A program made the translations under genes and the position numbers. The notes under the pieces are model-generated. The model saw only the letters and a list, made by a program, of their open reading frames with translations. It was not told where the DNA came from and made no database searches. This document shows positions 58,686 through 64,000 of a stretch of 64,000 nucleotides of DNA, piece by piece. This DNA comes from Candidatus Iainarchaeum sp. (GTDB taxonomy: Archaea; Iainarchaeota; Iainarchaeia; Iainarchaeales; JAXPJC01): NCBI GenBank assembly GCA_016187745.1, contig JACPJC010000006.1, positions 115,682-179,681 on the forward strand, read 5' to 3'. Positions within the stretch are counted from its first letter, which is position 1; each line of letters starts with the position of its first letter.

Positions 58686-58964
58686 ATGCGGCAGTATGTG
58701 ATGAATGTCGAGCCTGCTCTCATAAAGGAAGTTGATGAGATAATCAGGAAGGAGAAGCTCTACAGCTCAAGGAACGAATTCATAAGGGATGCGGTAAGAA
58801 GCAAGGTGATGGGCTTCAGGGTGCTTAAGATGCGCAGGCTTGCAAAGGAAATAAGGGAAAACGCAATAAAAAAAGGCTGGAATGGAGAATTCCCTTCGCA
58901 AGAAGAAAGGGATAAGTTTGTCAGGGACTTCCTTAAGGAAAAGGGTTTGCCTTCAATCCATTAA
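58686..58964 (+). CDS. Ribbon-helix-helix regulator/antitoxin
   Basis: LIKEVDEII...YSSRNEFIRDAVR. Confidence 0.85.
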   Translation: MRQYVMNVEPALIKEVDEIIRKEKLYSSRNEFIRDAVRSKVMGFRVLKMRRLAKEIRENAIKKGWNGEFPSQEERDKFVRDFLKEKGLPSIH

Positions 58965-59064
58965 TTCTTTTGGCTCTTTTTTTATACATCAATTTGAACG
59001 GCTTTCCCATGTCGCTCTTTATGTAAGCGATGAAAACATTCGCATCAAGGTAAATCCGCATCAT
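58933..59064 (-). pseudogene. Truncated PIN-domain gene
   Basis: MRIYLDANVFIAYIK is a typical PIN start, but the frame ends after about 43 codons inside the RHH gene. Confidence 0.65.
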
Positions 59065-59122
59065 TCCAGAATTCGCCTGCAAACCGGATTTAAATGCTTT
59101 CGGGGGCATTCCGCCGGTGAAT

Positions 59123-59401
59123 CTAAACAGCCATTGCCAAGAGGCCTTCAACTTGGAATATTCCCTCATTGGTCAGGAAAAGATTGCTACCTTCCTCTTT
59201 TATAAGGCTAATATTTTTCAATTCCCTAAGGCCTTTGAGGGCATCTTTTCCGAACTTCTTTTCCAGCTCTTGTTCGCTGACCTTAGGATTGTACTTTGCA
59301 AGGTATAGCAGAATCTCAATATTTTTGTTTTCCAGAATGATATTTTTTAGCCGCAGCGCATCATAATAAATTCTTTTAAGTTCTTCGCCCATATCCATCA
59401 C
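59123..59401 (-). CDS. Small wHTH-like protein
   Basis: EILLYL...L.ELKNISLIKE...LFLTNEG. Confidence 0.65.
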   Translation of the reverse strand: MMDMGEELKRIYYDALRLKNIILENKNIEILLYLAKYNPKVSEQELEKKFGKDALKGLRELKNISLIKEEGSNLFLTNEGIFQVEGLLAMAV

Positions 59402-59445
59402 CCAAGTACTATGCTTTATAGGTAAAGCAATATATTAATTTATCC

Positions 59446-60099
59446 TTACCTCTCCCGCCCTTTCAGCCTCCATTTCCAGGATTTGTAGTCAGGGCGCCTT
59501 AACCCCAACTGCCTCCGGGACTGATACTCTATTATTTCCGCCAATCTGTGTATCCTGAATCTGGAATACACTAGGATTTTATCCAATAATTCTGATTCTT
59601 TATAAGGTATTATGGTTGGAAAATTTTTAAAGTATTGGCTTGGGTCATCTTTAAACTTGTTGAATTTTGATTCTTCTATAAAGAAAAGGATTTTTCCGTG
59701 AAACATATAATTTTTGGCCAGATAATTCTGTTCAGTTATTGTGCCAGCCCCTTCGCCGTCAATAAAAATTATCAGCTGATGGGTTATGCAGCAGGCTTCC
59801 AAAACTTGCATTTGGCTAAGGCGCCCTTTTTTGCTGTAGTAGTTATCAATTGTTTCAGCGTATAATCCGTTTTTCAGCAACAGGTTCTTTATGCTACATA
59901 ATCGTTGTTTTTGCTCATTTTTGTGCCAATCCCCCAAAATGAGGCTTTTTAAGCTCCGCAAAAGCAGAAAATAATCCTGCTCTCTTTTTTGCAATTGCCT
60001 GCGGATATTGTCTCCAATTTTCTTAAATTCCGGAGAACTGTATTCTGGAATCTGCTTTTCGAGATTTTCTTTCGCTTCTTTGAAATAATCTTGCAGCAT
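59446..60099 (-). CDS. Hypothetical protein, possibly NDT-like Rossmann fold
   Basis: LILG...LIIFIDGEGAGTITE; AT-rich. Confidence 0.6.
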   Translation of the reverse strand: MLQDYFKEAKENLEKQIPEYSSPEFKKIGDNIRRQLQKREQDYFLLLRSLKSLILGDWHKNEQKQRLCSIKNLLLKNGLYAETIDNYYSKKGRLSQMQVLEACCITHQLIIFIDGEGAGTITEQNYLAKNYMFHGKILFFIEESKFNKFKDDPSQYFKNFPTIIPYKESELLDKILVYSRFRIHRLAEIIEYQSRRQLGLRRPDYKSWKWRLKGRER

Positions 60100-60376
60100 A
60101 AATTCAACTCTGTACGGGGCGCCTGAACCACAAAGACCAAATGTTGTTTGGCGCAAGTTTTGGAAGAATTGGGATTGGAGCATTTATATAGGCTTTCGGG
60201 ACCAAACCGCCGGTGAAACATTTGAGAATTTATCCTAATTTATCTCTTAACTTAAAAAAGTTAATATTAATAACCCCCTAAACCACTATATAGTATTAGT
60301 GAGTAAGTATAAAAACCATATTAGTTTTATATTTACTCAGATTCGGGAAATAAAGGATTGTGAGGGTAAGGCCTTG

Positions 60377-63300
60377 ATGCAGATGGGCACGGAGTGGCCA
60401 GTTGCTTTGGTTCTTATAGCGGTCAGCATAATTGCGGTTTTTGCATTTGTCCTTTCCCCTAATGCTTTTGTCGCGCTTTTTTCCGGAGGGGCGCAGCAGG
60501 CCGAAGGCCTTGCCTTCAATGTGCAAGGCGGAATCGCCTCTGACAGGATTGCTTCCGGGCAGAACGTAAAAGAGCAGATTCTGCACGCTGACGGCATCTA
60601 TGCCTCTCTTGCGCTGGATGCTTCCGCAAATGCAATTTTGGACATGAATTATTCCGCAGTGCTGCCCGAAGGCTCCGCGCCCATTTCGGTTTTTGTCAGG
60701 CTGCAGGGATTTGCGGTGCGCAATATTCTCCCAAGCACCGAGAAAGACCCGAGCAACCTCTCATTTGAGTGGGGTGATTTCAGCTACTGGAATTTGGCAA
60801 AGGAGGGAAAGAAAAGCGATGCGGGCATATGGAGCTATAACCAAGGGGCATATGATGCATATGTTTCCGCGTTTTTAATAACTTCCGGCGGCGCGAAAAA
60901 CAGGGCAGAACTGAAGCACAAGTTCATAACCGTAAATAAAAACGATAAAATAAGATTCTACTGGAATTCCTACCACTATGATTCCGGCTGCGGGCTTTTT
61001 GTCAATGGAACGCAGATATATCCGCCTAAGGAAAACTCATACGGCTTTGGATACATTGCAATCAGCCCGAAAATTGCCGGCGCGCTTGCAATCAGCGCCG
61101 AAGGGACAGGGAAGGATGATACAGGATACTGCACCTTCTATGCGGATGACTTTTCAATAAATGGAACGAAGGAAATAAGGCAGGCGTTCAAGACACTTGC
61201 GGACATTGAAGTTTGGAACGGCCTTGAGTACAAAGAAATCCCTGCGTGCAGGAACCTTGAATTGAAAGAAGAAGCAAGCACGCTTTCATGCGATGTTTCC
61301 TCTGCCCTTAAAACCGCTGAGAGTCTGCAGAATGCGCAAATAAGGGCAGTTATACATAATGGGTATGAGAATATTACCGCAAAAATAGATTATGTATATT
61401 TGGATTTGAACTACTCCAAGGAAGCGGAAATAACCCCGAAAAAGCCTGAAAAGCCGGTTCAGGAAAAGCGCCTTGGCCTGAAGCTGAAAAAGCACAAGGA
61501 TGTCTTCAGGCATGATGAGAATATACTCATTGACGCAAATTTCGGGGACCTGGACACTGGGGAGAAGCTGGAAGCTGCAATTTCCGCGCAGCTCATAACC
61601 CCCGAAAACAGGATTGAGGATCTGAATGCCGATGAGATTGAAGTGGAGGGAATAGGAAAATACAGGCTCAAATTGGATTCGAAGCGCTATTTCGCCCCCG
61701 GGCTTTATGTGCTTAGGGTAAAGGCAAAATACGGGATTTCAAACTACACATCAGAGGAGCGCTTTTATTGGGGCGTGCTTGCAATAAACACAGGCAAGAG
61801 CATTTATCTTCCCAACGAAACCGCAAGGCTCTCAATTGGCGTTCTGGATGAGAACGGAAGCGTTGAGTGTAATGCCGAACTGGAGCTTGCAATCACTTCC
61901 CCCTCCGGGGAAACAACACTCCTCAGGACAGCCGATGGGACAATAAGCAAATCCGCGGAATGCAGCGAGAAGCTTGAGCAGACATATGCTCCTGATTATT
62001 ATGCGGAATACAATGCGAAAGGCATTGGCACATATGCAATGGCGCTTACTGCAACAACGCCTGATGGGACATATGCCATTGAGGACTCATTTGAAGTAAA
62101 GGCTGCAGTTGATTTTGAAGTTGAACGGAGAACAGCAACAAGGATTCTCCCAATATTTGCATATGATGTGAATCTGCATATCAAGGCTAATGCAGCATAT
62201 TCGGGGGAGATTGCTGAATTTGTTCCGGCAGAATTTGAGATTCTGCCTCAGGAAGGATTGCTTGTTACAAAACAGGGAAATGAGAAAAGGATTGCATGGA
62301 ATGTTGCGCTTGCAAAGGATGAGGAAATTGATTTGCATTACGCATATGATGCGCCAGACATATGGCCAAGGGTAGCTGAAATTGGAGAATTGCAGGTGGG
62401 AAGCTTCAGGGAAGCAAGGCGCTGGATGATAGCGATTGATGCTGTGAAGGATGTAACCGGATGCACTCTCAACGCGCCCTCTTCCGACCCAAATGTTGCG
62501 GAAGGCGCTACATTCTCATGGCAGGCAACTGCGGTAACCTCAGGCTCAGGCAGCAATCCTGATGTAACATACACTGCGCAGTCCTGCAACAATTCAGGCT
62601 GTTCTGCTGATGTGAATACAATTCCAACTGATACGACCGTTACTTCAATGGACTGGGTTTCCGCTTCCTCCCCTGATGCAAATCCTGTTACGCTTGCTGC
62701 AAACGTATCTCAGGATGGAACAGTTAAGGGAAGGAGCGGGGGAACCTACTATGTCAGGTGCAAGATTGTGGGAGGAACAACATGCTCCGGAGGCTGCTAT
62801 TCCACAGCACAGGTGGTTACAGTTACAGCGCCTCCTTCAAACAGGCCTGTTGATGCGAATACTGTGAAAATTGACGGCAATCCCGACAATGCCGCACTGC
62901 CTTCATTCAATTATGATACTGATGGGAACCTCACAATTGATTTCAATGTGTTTGATTTGGATTATAACGGAATTTTCAGGGGCAGTGGGAGGCTTGATGC
63001 GAATGTTGATTACAGGGATACAAATGCAAACGGCAAATCATACCGCATAATTACTGACCTGAATCTTACAAGAAGCAAGACAAATGGCAGCAATGCGGGG
63101 TTGTACTGCGATGACCTGAACTTTGCGGGGGGAAAGGACAAGAACCGCTATGGGGTTACATGCCACTGGGACTGGAATACCTATCGCATAACAGACAGGA
63201 ATGTTTTCATTGATGTGAATGTAACTGACAATAACGGGAGCACTGACATAAATTCAAGCGATTATAATTTCAGGGTTCTGACTGCTGCACAGCCTGTTGA

Positions 63301-64000
63301 GAACAGAACTATTGATGTTAATATTGCAAGGCCAAACGGCGGGGAGATTGTCGGAGTGAGGGATGGAAATTACCGCATTGATTTCAATGTGAGCGACAAG
63401 GACTGTAACGGGATATTCTGGTGCAGGGGAAGATTGGATGCGAATATTGACTATAATGTAAGCGGCGGTTGGGCAAGGGTTGTTACGGATTTGAATTTGC
63501 TGGCAACTGCAACTGCGGGAAGCAATAAGGGAATATATTGTGATGACTTGAATTTTGCTGGCTCAAAGGACCAGAATAAGCAAGTAACATGCCATTATGA
63601 TTGGAACCTTGCAGTGTGGAGGGAGCCGAGCGTGGATAGCAGGGTTGATGTGAATGTTACTGACAATAATGGAAGCACTGATGCAAACAGAAGTGCGAAT
63701 TTCTTCAGGCTGCATAACTGGCTGGTTTCAAATTCTGCAACAGCAATTGCCTACAACAATCAAAGGAATCTAGTGAGGAATGCTGATGGGAACATTTATC
63801 TTGTTTATGAGGCGAACCCGCCAGATGATAGCTCAAAAAAAGAAATATGGTTTGCCAAGAGCGATAACAATGGAAGCACCTGGAGCACGCCAGCAAATGT
63901 AAGCGATACCAATAACAGAAGCTCAACAAGCCCTGCAATTGACATAAATTCAACTGGCGGATTGCAAATGGTGTGGATAGAGGAAATCATTGCAAGCGGA
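60377..64000 (+). CDS. Giant surface protein, 3'-truncated by the window edge (absent from the ORF track)
   Basis: Manual translation from ATG 60377 (MQMGTEWPVALVLIAVSII...) appears open to the end; TM anchor, WGVLAINTGKSIYLP motif, two D-x-N-rich repeats, Asp-box AKSDNNGSTW. Confidence 0.85.
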   Translation, partial: MQMGTEWPVALVLIAVSIIAVFAFVLSPNAFVALFSGGAQQAEGLAFNVQGGIASDRIASGQNVKEQILHADGIYASLALDASANAILDMNYSAVLPEGSAPISVFVRLQGFAVRNILPSTEKDPSNLSFEWGDFSYWNLAKEGKKSDAGIWSYNQGAYDAYVSAFLITSGGAKNRAELKHKFITVNKNDKIRFYWNSYHYDSGCGLFVNGTQIYPPKENSYGFGYIAISPKIAGALAISAEGTGKDDTGYCTFYADDFSINGTKEIRQAFKTLADIEVWNGLEYKEIPACRNLELKEEASTLSCDVSSALKTAESLQNAQIRAVIHNGYENITAKIDYVYLDLNYSKEAEITPKKPEKPVQEKRLGLKLKKHKDVFRHDENILIDANFGDLDTGEKLEAAISAQLITPENRIEDLNADEIEVEGIGKYRLKLDSKRYFAPGLYVLRVKAKYGISNYTSEERFYWGVLAINTGKSIYLPNETARLSIGVLDENGSVECNAELELAITSPSGETTLLRTADGTISKSAECSEKLEQTYAPDYYAEYNAKGIGTYAMALTATTPDGTYAIEDSFEVKAAVDFEVERRTATRILPIFAYDVNLHIKANAAYSGEIAEFVPAEFEILPQEGLLVTKQGNEKRIAWNVALAKDEEIDLHYAYDAPDIWPRVAEIGELQVGSFREARRWMIAIDAVKDVTGCTLNAPSSDPNVAEGATFSWQATAVTSGSGSNPDVTYTAQSCNNSGCSADVNTIPTDTTVTSMDWVSASSPDANPVTLAANVSQDGTVKGRSGGTYYVRCKIVGGTTCSGGCYSTAQVVTVTAPPSNRPVDANTVKIDGNPDNAALPSFNYDTDGNLTIDFNVFDLDYNGIFRGSGRLDANVDYRDTNANGKSYRIITDLNLTRSKTNGSNAGLYCDDLNFAGGKDKNRYGVTCHWDWNTYRITDRNVFIDVNVTDNNGSTDINSSDYNFRVLTAAQPVENRTIDVNIARPNGGEIVGVRDGNYRIDFNVSDKDCNGIFWCRGRLDANIDYNVSGGWARVVTDLNLLATATAGSNKGIYCDDLNFAGSKDQNKQVTCHYDWNLAVWREPSVDSRVDVNVTDNNGSTDANRSANFFRLHNWLVSNSATAIAYNNQRNLVRNADGNIYLVYEANPPDDSSKKEIWFAKSDNNGSTWSTPANVSDTNNRSSTSPAIDINSTGGLQMVWIEEIIASG

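Overview
Archaeal chromosomal window, most likely from a DPANN lineage. Iainarchaeota/Diapherotrites-like affinity is my inference from gene content and from the D-x-N-rich secreted proteins. Housekeeping genes include cdc6/orc1, hel308, nac, an FKBP PPIase, psmB-aCPSF1, AK6, an AMMECR1 protein, taw1, a PRC-barrel protein, a truncated NFACT/Rqc2, and a geranylgeranyl reductase with its ferredoxin. These are interspersed with many large surface proteins, several toxin-antitoxin modules, a type IV pilus locus (minor pilins, ATPase, two TadC, major pilin) and an adjacent KaiC-like ATPase triad. Four observations stand out. (1) D-x-N tripeptides are strongly enriched in exported proteins, a possible non-canonical glycosylation or other sequon. 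(2) One pilin scaffold is used bare and also fused to LamG and other cargo, with LamG domains nested inside host domains. (3) A ~100-bp hairpin repeat with compensatory changes brackets the pilus assembly genes in inverted orientation and recurs in part at 5.0 kb. (4) A hairpin-dense intergenic region with two cUUCGg stem-loops is a candidate ncRNA. A >1200-codon ORF missing from the ORF track runs off the right edge. I recognised no rRNA, tRNA, CRISPR array, reverse transcriptase, integrase or transposase. All calls come from manual motif reading, with no database searches.
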